Positions 29,190 through 38,988 of a stretch of DNA of 64,000 nucleotides are shown here, in pieces (within the stretch, counting starts at the first letter, position 1; the number at the start of each line of letters is the position of its first letter). Source of the DNA: an uncultured Spirochaetota bacterium. GTDB taxonomy: Bacteria > Spirochaetota > Spirochaetia > SZUA-6 > Fen-1364. The position numbers and the translations under genes are program-made. Below the pieces are notes generated by a model that saw nothing but the letters and a program-made list of their open reading frames with translations, did not search any database and was not told where the DNA came from. The stretch covers positions 800,001 to 864,000 of the forward strand of contig CAWGAA010000001.1 in assembly GCA_963820525.1 (NCBI GenBank). Direction: 5' to 3'.

Positions 29190-29477
29190 ATGGCAGACTA
29201 TACCTTTGATGGAAAGAGCTTAAGGAATCGCTCTGGACAAAAGATGGGAGAAATTGATCGAAACTCCATTAGAGCTTGGAACAGCGCCAGACTTGGCGAA
29301 ATTGATCGTAAAAACATTAGGGATGCTCATGGGAAGAAAGTCGTTGAATTTGATGGAAAAAACGTCAAAGATGATATGGGCAACAAAATTACAACCATTC
29401 AGGAAATACAAAAGACTATCGAAGGTGAGGGCGGAATCTCCTTAGTCGCGATGTGGTACTTTTTTGTAAAGAAATAA
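29190..29477 (+). CDS. Small hypothetical protein with internal repeats (beta-flower-like)
   Basis: RBS AGGAGG; repeated motifs GEIDRNSIR / GEIDRKNIR / EFDGKNVK. Confidence 0.7.
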   Translation: MADYTFDGKSLRNRSGQKMGEIDRNSIRAWNSARLGEIDRKNIRDAHGKKVVEFDGKNVKDDMGNKITTIQEIQKTIEGEGGISLVAMWYFFVKK

Positions 29478-29479
29478 AT

Positions 29480-30074
29480 TGTGATAGTTCAGATTTGATC
29501 TGACACTCTCTTTCTGGTTCCTATACTACGCTGTCCGTCGGATGGTATCCAATCATCTTCTCCTTCGCAACGTGAAACGTTTCCTGAAACGTCTGCATCG
29601 GGGTTTTGCCGTAGCAGTATTTCCCTGAATGGGGTCGTTGCTCGTTGTACTCCTTGATCCACACATCAACGTCAACTTGAAGCTCTTCAATTGATGTATA
29701 GATCTTTTTTCGGAACGCAACCTGGTAGAACTCATTGAGGACCGTCTTCTGGAACCTCTCGCAAATGCCATTGCTCTGGGGTGACTTCACTCTGGTCTTG
29801 GAGTTATCGATGTTCTCTACGGCCAGGTACAATTGATACTCATGATTCTCCCGATTGCCGCAGTATTCGATTCCTCGAGGATCCCATGCGTATCGAAGAA
29901 GGGAATGACCCGGTCGTTTCCCAGCTCCTGGGCCAATGTTGGCAATCCTACCTTGTTCTTAATGATCTTCTCTTCGGTTGTCATCTGACACCTCCTGGCG
30001 TGCGCGTTTGGGCATGGCTGCATGAATCTGGGCGCCGATGGCCTCTGGAATCCATTTGCGAACGACTCTGGACA
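29480..30074 (-). mobile_element. Internally deleted IS481-family remnant
   Basis: TGT..ACA ends; N-terminus MTTEEKIIKNKVGL..LAQELGN joined to integrase-core fragment SPQSNGICERFQKT..YNEQRPHSG. Confidence 0.75.
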
Positions 30075-30182
30075 TGATCGTATCTAATTACCCTGCTCTA
30101 CAAACGACGCATAAAAGACTCCTGCTCATACGCCACTTCTTCTCCTCACTAATTCTTCTCCTTTCAGTCATATGCAATTATT

Positions 30183-31460
30183 TTAGACCCAGAAATCCTT
30201 GTTTATCTTGGTTGAGCTTGATAACAAGCCATCATGGCCTTCATTTGGAATGCTGCGGGCCAAACATTTATCATCCTTGCAGATTTCATTAAGTCTCCTG
30301 TAGACCACTCGAACAATAGCGCGCGCCACCCTTTTTCTCGCCTCCATGGGACGCATCCCGCCATCAACATGGTTTCTGTGATAGCAGGCGATACGAGATT
30401 CAGGGTTATAAAACACGACAGCCCCGGCTGCGGTCATGAATGCATCTTTCAGCCGGTGATTAAATGACTGAGTATGCACCATTCTGACGGCACCTCCCGT
30501 TGAATGTTCTTTCATTCCAAGACCGCCATAACTAGCGAGACTATCCTCCTTTGAAAATCTCCTAATATCTATGATCTCAGCAACCATTGTCGATGCAGTA
30601 ATAAGCCCAATTCCTCTGAGTTGTCGCAGAGACTGTATTGGTAGGCTTTTTCTGCTGATTGAATTCAGCATTTTAATAAGTTCGATCTGCTCGCGTTTAT
30701 AGTGCTCGATTTTCGAAGCACTGGCTCTGATCATAAAGGCTATCGTGGGCGAGAGTGAGGGGATGCATTGCATGACGCTCTCTAGTCCTCGAATGAATTC
30801 GTTTCGCCCCTTGTAATTTCCAGCCCCCATTGCCTCGAGCAGTTGACGATCAGAGAGGTGCTTCCACTCACCTACGTCCGGAATTGAGATCAGAAGCGTG
30901 AGGATTCCCCTGTTCTTCAGCACATTTCCGCCGCATCCCGCATCGGAGAGCTTTCCGCCTAGAAATAGATATAAATCAGGGGAGGCATGCCGTAGTATTT
31001 TCCAGAGACGATTCACTTCCGCTGTGATCTCCCGACTGAGGCTTTTATGCTCACGTGTGAGCAATTGAAGCTCAGAGTCTGCGAACCAAAGTCGTCGGTG
31101 CTGCTGCAGCTTTCCCTGCGATTCCAAGGCAAGTGCGTATCGCGCCACGGACTCCGCATCCCGCTCGTTGTTCTTGTTTTGCCCTAGAACCGCTTTCCTG
31201 AACTTCTCAACGTCAGCCGGCTTGAACGAATAGAACTCGACACGAGCATTTCGCAGCGCTTCTTCTATTGGCCTGCTCTGGCCATGGCTTCCTTCTATTG
31301 CTACAATCAGCCCCTCCTCCGCCCCCGCCCATTGATTAAATTCACTGAGACTCTTCGCCGTTACCAGAAATCTCTTCGTCACCACTCTATCATTTTTACC
31401 ACGTACCAGAGCGCAGACAAACCCCGTTGAGTCAGGATCGATGCCAAGCGCGCTATTCAC
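30183..31460 (-). CDS. IS110-family recombinase/transposase
   Basis: LGID, IAIEGSHG, KNNERDA, LRGIGLITA, RRFSKEDSLASYGGL. Confidence 0.85.
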   Translation of the reverse strand: MNSALGIDPDSTGFVCALVRGKNDRVVTKRFLVTAKSLSEFNQWAGAEEGLIVAIEGSHGQSRPIEEALRNARVEFYSFKPADVEKFRKAVLGQNKNNERDAESVARYALALESQGKLQQHRRLWFADSELQLLTREHKSLSREITAEVNRLWKILRHASPDLYLFLGGKLSDAGCGGNVLKNRGILTLLISIPDVGEWKHLSDRQLLEAMGAGNYKGRNEFIRGLESVMQCIPSLSPTIAFMIRASASKIEHYKREQIELIKMLNSISRKSLPIQSLRQLRGIGLITASTMVAEIIDIRRFSKEDSLASYGGLGMKEHSTGGAVRMVHTQSFNHRLKDAFMTAAGAVVFYNPESRIACYHRNHVDGGMRPMEARKRVARAIVRVVYRRLNEICKDDKCLARSIPNEGHDGLLSSSTKINKDFWV

Positions 31461-31923
31461 TACCGCACCTCCCGCATCTTCATATCAGATACGCCAATCA
31501 CCCGCTTCCGTTGGGAGTTCATTCGTTTTCTGCAGATATGCCCCATCAGGGAGAGCAAAAGCGGTCCCCTGTGGCGTTGGCAATCTCCAACAAGTCGCTT
31601 CTATCGACATCTGACACAAAAGCATCAACGCCACAAGGGGTCCTCTGCACACGATATGCTATTTTTCGGCATATATTTCACACGAGCATCAAACTATGCT
31701 ATATATCGGGCAGCATATGTCCTAGAATTAGAAATCATTATTATGCCGCCCAAAGACAACATCAACTCCCACCGCGCTTGGTTTTCGTCCTTACTCATAC
31801 GGCGCAACGACGATTCTCCTGCTCTTTCGGGCGCTCGCGAGTCAGGACGCGGCTGCGGCAGGAGGCAGAGAGCAAAAGCAGGATGAGCGCGGACGAATAC
31901 GACAGCTTTCGCGATAGTGGCAG

Positions 31924-32838
31924 TCAGCGTGCCTTCACCAACTCCGAGGCGATCAAGCAGCCAAGCCGGACATTCTCGTGAAAGAGAGCAACGTTTGTTG
32001 TGAGTGATCTGCCGCCGGAAAGCTCCACGATGCGGGAGAGGAGAAAGGGCGTGACACCCTTTCCCCGAATTCCCTTCTGCTGGAGCTCTCCCATTGCTTG
32101 CTCCACATAGCTTTCAATCTGACTATGAGGGATTTCCCATTCGCCGGGCACGGGATTGGCCACCAGAATTCCCTGATGAAAGCCGAGGAGTCTCTGCGCC
32201 TTGAGCATCTGCGCGATCTCCGCAGGAGAATCCACCCGCGACCCCACGGGAAAGCCGCTCGTGCGCGAATAGAAGGCGGGAAACTCCGAGGTGCGGAAGC
32301 CGACAACCGGCACCCCGAGCGATTCCAGCACCTCAAGGGTCTTGGAGATATCGAGGATGGCCTTGGCTCCCGCGCAGACCACGCACAGCGATGTCCTGGC
32401 CAGCTCCGATAGGTCGGCAGAAATATCGAAGCTCTCCCCAGCTCCACGATGGACCCCGCCGATCCCGCCCGTCGCAAAAACATCGATGCCGGCCATTCGC
32501 GCGCCGAGCATCGTGGCCGACACCGTTGTGGCTCCGGTGATGCGCCGCACAAGCGCATAGGACAGGTCCCTACGGGAAACTTTCAACACATCCTTCTGAG
32601 CTCCAAGGCGTTCCAGCGCCTTGCCGTCGAGACCGACTCTGATCTTTCCGTCCATGACAGCCACCGTGGCAGGAACCGCACCGGCCAGCCTGGCAATTCT
32701 CTCAGCCTCCATAGCCGTCTCGACGTTGAGCGGGTATGGCATTCCGTGACTGATGATCGTGGATTCGAGCGCTACCACGGGAACCGCCGAGCGAAACGCC
32801 GTGGCGACCTCCTCGGAGATCCATAGGTAATCGTTCAT
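31924..32838 (-). CDS. psuG: Pseudouridine-5'-phosphate glycosidase
   Basis: VALESTIISHGMPYP, FATGGIGGVHRG, DISADL. Confidence 0.95.
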   Translation of the reverse strand: MNDYLWISEEVATAFRSAVPVVALESTIISHGMPYPLNVETAMEAERIARLAGAVPATVAVMDGKIRVGLDGKALERLGAQKDVLKVSRRDLSYALVRRITGATTVSATMLGARMAGIDVFATGGIGGVHRGAGESFDISADLSELARTSLCVVCAGAKAILDISKTLEVLESLGVPVVGFRTSEFPAFYSRTSGFPVGSRVDSPAEIAQMLKAQRLLGFHQGILVANPVPGEWEIPHSQIESYVEQAMGELQQKGIRGKGVTPFLLSRIVELSGGRSLTTNVALFHENVRLGCLIASELVKAR

Positions 32839-33689
32839 AACACTCCCGTCTGGAGGGCGCGTTCCACCTCGTTCATCGCCCTCCTGACACAATCCGCCAC
32901 ATCAAACCCCTTCCTCACTTCATTCAGCACGAGGGCAAGGAGCAGGTCACCGGCCCCAGTGGTATCTCTTGCCGTAACTACCGTGCCGGCAGGGAAGTCG
33001 AGCCTCCTCCCGTGCCAGTAGAGGCTGACACCGCGAGTTCCTCTCTTGAGCACGATGCAGCCAAGAGACATCCGATCGATCAAGCCGAAAAGATCGGCGT
33101 CAGCAAGGGAACGATCCGCTTGCGCATGCCCGTAAGCGAGCGCGGCGGCCTCTAGTTCCGTGGGGGTTACAAGCCAGCAGCCCGAAATCGATCCTGCATG
33201 GCGCGCCGCTTTTTCAACGGAAACAGGCTCGAAAATCACTCGAGCGGCGGCACCATAGCGCTCGAGAAGGCCATGCGTGAGTGTGGAGGAGAGATTCCCG
33301 TCCAACACGAGCATGTCCGCTTGAGAAACACGGCCGATCCGCGAGACCACCCAGTCAAGCTCCAGGCCATTCTCCACGGCTCGCATGTCCGAAGCAGCCA
33401 CCTTCAGCCTCCCGCCTTGCATGAGCGCCAAATAGAGGGAGGGACCCGCATCCTGAATCTTTCTGAGAACAACCCCGGGATCAGCGGCAAGGGCATTTTC
33501 AGCGGATGACGAGATGAGATCCGTTCCTATCGCGGAGATGAACAGCTTGGGAGGCTCGAGGGCCCTGTAGATGTTGTAGCCGACGCCTCCAAGGCGGATG
33601 CTGATCTCGCATGGGTTGGACGTTCCATCGCGAAACGCCTCACGAGCGGCAACCATGTCCACGCTCACGGCACCGACGACCCAGATCAT
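32835..33689 (-). CDS. PfkB-family kinase, probable pseudouridine kinase
   Basis: GGVGYNI, DTTGAGD; coupled to psuG. Confidence 0.8.
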   Translation of the reverse strand: MIWVVGAVSVDMVAAREAFRDGTSNPCEISIRLGGVGYNIYRALEPPKLFISAIGTDLISSSAENALAADPGVVLRKIQDAGPSLYLALMQGGRLKVAASDMRAVENGLELDWVVSRIGRVSQADMLVLDGNLSSTLTHGLLERYGAAARVIFEPVSVEKAARHAGSISGCWLVTPTELEAAALAYGHAQADRSLADADLFGLIDRMSLGCIVLKRGTRGVSLYWHGRRLDFPAGTVVTARDTTGAGDLLLALVLNEVRKGFDVADCVRRAMNEVERALQTGVL

Positions 33690-33953
33690 ACCGCATCCCA
33701 CCATGCGCAATGCAGTTCGCGATGTCAACCACCGCGCCTCGTCCCGGTTGATCATCGATCTCTGGTCATTTAGATTAGTCTGTGGGCACAGGAACGAACA
33801 GGTGCGCGGCGGGTATGTCTTCGCGGTTTGGCGAGTGGGCTGACGTAATGGCCTGCCAGGCGGAGACGATTTCACGGACGGGCGACCGCAGATGCCTTTT
33901 CAGTCCTGCGAGCGGGGATTCTATGGCTGCCTAAAGTCTGGCAAGGAGGCGCG

Positions 33954-35312
33954 GTGAGCCCGGACCAGGGAAGCGGACCGTCAATCAGCGAAAGCGCGCT
34001 CATCGAGAGAATCGGCTGGCTCATCAACCTGCGCTGGCTTGCGGCCGGGGCACTTTTTATTGCCATTGCGGCAGCACGCCTGCTTCTCGGCCAGGACGTC
34101 CCCTTCCTCCCCCTGCTGACGGGAAACCTCCTGCTTGCCGCTTCCAACTTCGGCTATCTTTTCCTCTTCAGAAGGCTTGAACCAGGCAGGACGAGTGCGC
34201 CGGCTCTTGCCAATGCCCAGATCACGCTTGATCTTCTCATCCTGACCTACCTCGTGCACCTCTCGGGCGGAATCGAAAACCCCTTCGTCCTTTTCTTCAT
34301 CTTTCACATGGTCATCGCCAGTATCCTTCTTTCCAATCGCGACGCGTATCTCCAGGCCGGATTCGCCACCCTCGCCACGGCGCTCGCCACGGTGGGCGAA
34401 CAGTCGGGAATCATCCGCCATCACACAATCGAGGGCCTGCTGCTTCCGTCCGGCGGCCCAAGCGGCTGGGCCTGGCTGGCGCGATGGAGCGTCCTCTCCT
34501 CCACGCTGTTCATAACCGTGTATCTCAGCACCACCATCGTGAACAGACTCCGCAGTAAGGAGAGAGAGTTGGAGGAGCTGAATCGACGGCTCCTGGAAAA
34601 CGACCGCGTAAAGTCGAGATACGTCATGACCGTGTCCCATGATATCCGCGGCTCGCTCTCCGCGATCCAGTCGAGCCTGCGGGTCGTTCTGGACGGCTAT
34701 ACGGAACCGATTCCGCAAAAGGCACGCGAAATGATCGAGCGCGCCGAGCTTCGAAGCGAGCAGCTCCAGCGCTTCGTGAAGGATCTCCTGGACCTCTCCC
34801 GGATGCGCGCGGCCGGCCAGATGACCAGGGAGATGATCGACGTGACCGAGCTGTTGGCAGAGGCAGTTGCTCGATCACAGTCTCTCCTGGAAGAGAAGAG
34901 TCTCTCGGCCTCAGTGGAGGATCGGGCCGAAGACTCGACGTTGTGCGCCAATCGCGAGGCTCTCGATCATCTGCTCGAAAACCTCCTGGGCAATGCCATC
35001 CGCTATACGCCGCGGGGGGGAAGGATCTCTCTGGAGCTGGAGGATGCGGCAGCCCCGGGGTGGCTCCAGCTCCACGTGCGCGATACGGGCATCGGAATTC
35101 CCGAGGAGGAGCTTCCCCACATTTTCGAGGATTTCTATCGGGCGAAAAATGCACGGCAGTATGTGCAGGAGAGCACGGGTCTGGGCCTCTCCATCGTCAA
35201 ACAGATCGTGGAAGCCCATGGAGGCGGCGTTCGCGCGAAGAGCGAGCCTGGCGGAGGGACGACCATCACGGTCAGCCTGCCCGGGAAGAGCCTCTCCTGC
35301 GGCGAGCGGTGA
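33954..35312 (+). CDS. Membrane sensor histidine kinase
   Basis: Multiple TM helices; SHDIRGSL H-box; NAIRYT, DTGIGI, GLGLSIV. Confidence 0.92.
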   Translation: MSPDQGSGPSISESALIERIGWLINLRWLAAGALFIAIAAARLLLGQDVPFLPLLTGNLLLAASNFGYLFLFRRLEPGRTSAPALANAQITLDLLILTYLVHLSGGIENPFVLFFIFHMVIASILLSNRDAYLQAGFATLATALATVGEQSGIIRHHTIEGLLLPSGGPSGWAWLARWSVLSSTLFITVYLSTTIVNRLRSKERELEELNRRLLENDRVKSRYVMTVSHDIRGSLSAIQSSLRVVLDGYTEPIPQKAREMIERAELRSEQLQRFVKDLLDLSRMRAAGQMTREMIDVTELLAEAVARSQSLLEEKSLSASVEDRAEDSTLCANREALDHLLENLLGNAIRYTPRGGRISLELEDAAAPGWLQLHVRDTGIGIPEEELPHIFEDFYRAKNARQYVQESTGLGLSIVKQIVEAHGGGVRAKSEPGGGTTITVSLPGKSLSCGER

Positions 35313-35363
35313 AGAGGCGCGGCCCATCTGCCTGCAGCGGGCATTAATCGGAGCGATGGAGCT

Positions 35364-36287
35364 TCAGTCGGATTTCAGCAGTGAGCGCAAGGTAGCAACG
35401 AGGATGCCGGCGTCGACGGGCTTCTGGAATATCCCCGCAAGCCCGAGCTCCCGAGTGCCGATGTTGTAGCGTACGGCGTCCCCCGCGGCGCTCAAGAGGT
35501 AGATGGGGCAGGTGAAGCCGGCCTCCTTCAGGCGCGAGGAGACCTTGCTCCCTGCATCAACCGTCTCCATCATCAGGTCCAGGAGGATCGCATCCGGCTT
35601 CACCGCGTGAGCGATCTTCAACCCCGATTCTCCATCGGCCGCCTCTCCAACGGCGAAACCCGCTGATTCCAACACGATGCGCAGCGCGGCACGCACGTCG
35701 GGGTCGTCGTCGACGATCAGAATGGTCTTGGTCCGTGCCTCAGTCTCCGCCATAAATGCCTCTCTCCCCTTGCGCAGAAGAACATCGAGGAAGGCGACGC
35801 TCAAGGCAGCGTTTCGCCGCGCCCCCCCGCTCAAGCCCTCTCCCACCCCAAAATGATACCCGCGAACCCCGAAAAGCCATGCGGGCGGCCGCGCGCCGAA
35901 GCTCGCTTCGCAGACGGCCAGAAGATCCCGCGGGCCGAAGAGATGCGTGGTGAATGACGTCACGGCTCGTTGATGGCCGCCCGCGCTCACGTTTTCCCGC
36001 CGAATGGGCGTCATGCTGAACGGCGCGGGTCCCTTCCGCGCCGCATCGATGAAGAGCGCGGCCCGCGTAGCGGCAAGCTCAGCACATTGCTCCAGCGCCG
36101 GCTGAAAGGCCGTCTCAACGATGACGAGCCCCGGATGGAGCCTCTCCAGCTCCTCGGCAACGGCAGGCCCGAGACCGTCATCGCGCCGTCCCGGGTTGCC
36201 GTAGCCTAGAATCAAGAGTGGCGGGCCGCCATTACCGTCATGCCGGGAGGCGCCATGAACGCGGATCCACCCATCTCCCTCACTCAT
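35364..36287 (-). CDS. hoxW: Hydrogenase maturation protease (HoxW-like) fused in frame to a receiver domain
   Basis: LGYGNPGRRDDGLG, FIDAA, TTHLFGP, then ILIVDDD..ILLDLMM..FQKPV; starts in an ATGA overlap with hoxH. Confidence 0.8.
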   Translation of the reverse strand: MSEGDGWIRVHGASRHDGNGGPPLLILGYGNPGRRDDGLGPAVAEELERLHPGLVIVETAFQPALEQCAELAATRAALFIDAARKGPAPFSMTPIRRENVSAGGHQRAVTSFTTHLFGPRDLLAVCEASFGARPPAWLFGVRGYHFGVGEGLSGGARRNAALSVAFLDVLLRKGREAFMAETEARTKTILIVDDDPDVRAALRIVLESAGFAVGEAADGESGLKIAHAVKPDAILLDLMMETVDAGSKVSSRLKEAGFTCPIYLLSAAGDAVRYNIGTRELGLAGIFQKPVDAGILVATLRSLLKSD

Positions 36288-37711
36288 TCCTGCCCGCGGA
36301 CCTTCCTGTCCAGGACACGGCCGCCCGCGTCCACGATCTCCGCTTCGAGCCCCATGCTGCCGAGCGCATGTGTGGCGCAGCTCAGGCATGGATCGAATGC
36401 GCGGATGGCCACCTCCACCTTGTTCAGCAGCCCCTCCGTGATCTTTTTTCCCGAGAGCTCATCCCGCGCCACGGCCTGCACTGCCCTGTTCATCGCTTCG
36501 TTGTTGCTCGTCGTGGAAACGATGAGATTCGCCATCTCCACCGTGTCGTCCGGGCGGACCCGGTAGTGGTGGAAGAGCGTGCCGCGAGGCGCCTCGATCC
36601 AGGAGGCTCCCTCGGATCTCCGCGTTCCGGTGACGATGAGGTCCGCTCCCTGAAGATCGGCATCGTTCAGGAGCTCCGTGATCTTCTCCGCCGCGTGGAG
36701 CGCCTCGATGAGCCTGGCCCAATGGTAGGCAAGGGTCATGTGCACGGGCCTTCCGCCTCCCAGGGAGATGAACTCGCCCCGCTCTTTCTCCGCCAGCGGG
36801 GTGTCGATGAAGTCGCAGGTATTGAGGCGTGCCAGGGGGCCGACACGGTACCAGCCCTTCTCCTTTCCCAATGAGAGGATGAAGGGGAACTTCATGTAGC
36901 TCCACGGCCGCGCTTCCTCGCGGATCACGGTGAGGTACTCGCTGGGGGGCACCTTGTCCAGGATGATCTTTCCCTCAGCATCCTTGGCCCGCAAGAGGCC
37001 GTCGTAGAAGTCCAGAGCGCCGTCCCGGCGAACGATGCTCAAGAAGTTGCCCTCGAACCCCGCGAAGGCGCGGAAGTAGGGCTCGTTCTGGCGGAAAAGC
37101 CTCTTGAACAGGTCGAGGGCCTCCTGCGCCCAGGCGATCATGTTCTGCGTCTGAGGGAGAAGCTCGTCGCGCTCCTTCAGGGAGAGGTTCTTGTTGATCC
37201 CGCCCGGCACAGCGCCCGTGCCATGGATCCTCTTTCCCGCGGTGGCGCGGATGACCTCCTGACCGAATTTCCGCATCAGCACGGCCTTTCGGACGAGCTC
37301 GGGATTCGCGAGCGCCAGCCCCACGACGTTTCGCGTGGAGGGCGCGCTCTCGAATCCGAGGAGAAGGTCCGGCGCGGCGAGGTAGAAGAAATGCAGGGCG
37401 TGGGACTGGAAGACCTGGCCGTAATGCATGAGGCGGCGCATCTTTTCAGCCGTTGGGGTAAGGCGATCCGCGCCCACGACCACATCCATCGCCTTGGCGG
37501 CGGCCAGCAGGTGGCTGATGGGGCAGATCCCGCACAGCCGCTGCACCATGACGGGAACCTCCCAGTAGAGCCGCCCCTGGACGAAGCGCTCGAACCCTCG
37601 AAACTCCACGATGTGGAAGCGCGCGCGCGTCACCTTGCCCGCGTTGTCGAGCTGGATCGTGACCTTGCCGTGGCCTTCCACGCGCGTGACGGGATTGATA
37701 ACGACCTTCAT
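36284..37711 (-). CDS. hoxH: NAD-reducing [NiFe] hydrogenase large subunit
   Basis: RVEGHG, RLCGICPISH, DPCLSCATH plus C-terminal extension. Confidence 0.95.
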   Translation of the reverse strand: MKVVINPVTRVEGHGKVTIQLDNAGKVTRARFHIVEFRGFERFVQGRLYWEVPVMVQRLCGICPISHLLAAAKAMDVVVGADRLTPTAEKMRRLMHYGQVFQSHALHFFYLAAPDLLLGFESAPSTRNVVGLALANPELVRKAVLMRKFGQEVIRATAGKRIHGTGAVPGGINKNLSLKERDELLPQTQNMIAWAQEALDLFKRLFRQNEPYFRAFAGFEGNFLSIVRRDGALDFYDGLLRAKDAEGKIILDKVPPSEYLTVIREEARPWSYMKFPFILSLGKEKGWYRVGPLARLNTCDFIDTPLAEKERGEFISLGGGRPVHMTLAYHWARLIEALHAAEKITELLNDADLQGADLIVTGTRRSEGASWIEAPRGTLFHHYRVRPDDTVEMANLIVSTTSNNEAMNRAVQAVARDELSGKKITEGLLNKVEVAIRAFDPCLSCATHALGSMGLEAEIVDAGGRVLDRKVRGQE

Positions 37712-37736
37712 TCCACGGCCTCCCATGCTCCAGCCC

Positions 37737-38276
37737 TCAGTCGTACTTGATCATCCGGTAGGCCAGATCGATTTTCGCCCCGGAGAGAAGCGCGGTGAGG
37801 AAGTCCCAGAGTGTGTCCCCCGAGGGCGGACAACCAGGAAGAAAATAGTCGATCTTCACGACTTCATGGCTGGGATACACCCGGTCGAGGAGGATGGGGA
37901 TATCGGGGTCATTGGGCAGGACCCCATCCGCCACCGACGGGCCCTTCAGGTACGCCTCCTCCAGGCATTCGGAGAGCGGCACCATGTTGCGCATGGCCGG
38001 CACGCCACCCGTGAGGGCGCATTCGCCGACCGATACGAGGATGCGGCAATGCTCGCGAAAGGCGCGAAGCACGTGAACGTTCTCGTCGCTGGAGCACCCT
38101 CCCTCGATGAGCCCCACGTCGCAGGGACCGCTGAACTCCTTGATGTCGTCGAGGGGAGACTTGTCGAGGTCCACGAGCTCGATGAGGGAGAGAAGCCGCT
38201 CGTCGATGTCGAGCAGGGACATGTGACAGCCAAAGCAGCCCGTCAGATGGGCCGTCGCGATCCGCGCCTTACCCAT
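37737..38276 (-). CDS. hoxY: [NiFe] hydrogenase small subunit
   Basis: GCFGCHMS, GECALTGG, PGCPP. Confidence 0.92.
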   Translation of the reverse strand: MGKARIATAHLTGCFGCHMSLLDIDERLLSLIELVDLDKSPLDDIKEFSGPCDVGLIEGGCSSDENVHVLRAFREHCRILVSVGECALTGGVPAMRNMVPLSECLEEAYLKGPSVADGVLPNDPDIPILLDRVYPSHEVVKIDYFLPGCPPSGDTLWDFLTALLSGAKIDLAYRMIKYD

Positions 38277-38988
38277 TGGTCTTCCTCTTTCTCTCGATGT
38301 CGGAGCCGATGGGCTCGTTGTCGTAGCGCCTTCTTCCGTACGGGATGCGGTAGCCGAGCCTCTTCACCATGAGGCACCCCGTGGGACAGATGCGCGCCGC
38401 GCGGTCTATTGCGGACATCACCGTGTCCGAGAGACCCGCTTCGGAGTCCACGGCGAGCTCGGTATGAATTCCCCTGCCGACAAAGGCGAACACGCCCTTT
38501 CCGTCAAGGTCGCGCGAGGCGAGCACGCACCTGCCGCACAGGATGCAGCGGTTCCTGTCGACGAAGACGTCGGGATGAGATCCATCGACGGGGCGCCGGG
38601 GATAGAAATAGGGATCCGTCGGGGCGGTCATCCCGAGGCGGTATCCCATGGCCTGAAGCTCGCAGGAGCCGCTCGCTTCGCAGAAGGGGCAGAAGTGGTT
38701 GCCCTCGACGAACATCATCTCCACGATCCGCCGCCTCTCGGCGTTCATCCCCGGCGTATCGTTTTCAACCACCATCCCTTCTCCCGCCGTCATGGTGCAC
38801 GAGCTTGCCGGCCTGCCGTTCACCAGCACGGTGCAGATGCGACAGTGTCCTCCGGGGGCGAGGTCGGGGTGATAGCAGAGCCGGGGGATATAGACGCCGG
38901 CCGCATCCGCGGCCTGGAGAATCGTCTGGCCCTGCTCCGCCTCGATCTTTACCCCATCGATGATGAAGTGAACCCTCTGCTCGCTCAC
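38269..38988 (-). CDS. hoxU: Diaphorase Fe-S subunit
   Basis: IPRLC, CRICTV, HFCPFCEASGSC, RCILCGRC. Confidence 0.92.
   Translation of the reverse strand: MSEQRVHFIIDGVKIEAEQGQTILQAADAAGVYIPRLCYHPDLAPGGHCRICTVLVNGRPASSCTMTAGEGMVVENDTPGMNAERRRIVEMMFVEGNHFCPFCEASGSCELQAMGYRLGMTAPTDPYFYPRRPVDGSHPDVFVDRNRCILCGRCVLASRDLDGKGVFAFVGRGIHTELAVDSEAGLSDTVMSAIDRAARICPTGCLMVKRLGYRIPYGRRRYDNEPIGSDIERKRKTNG

Noticed and set aside
29983..31617. 10-mer CATCTGACAC shared by the IS481 remnant and the IS110 upstream loop
   Set aside because: Short match not at any element boundary; likely chance
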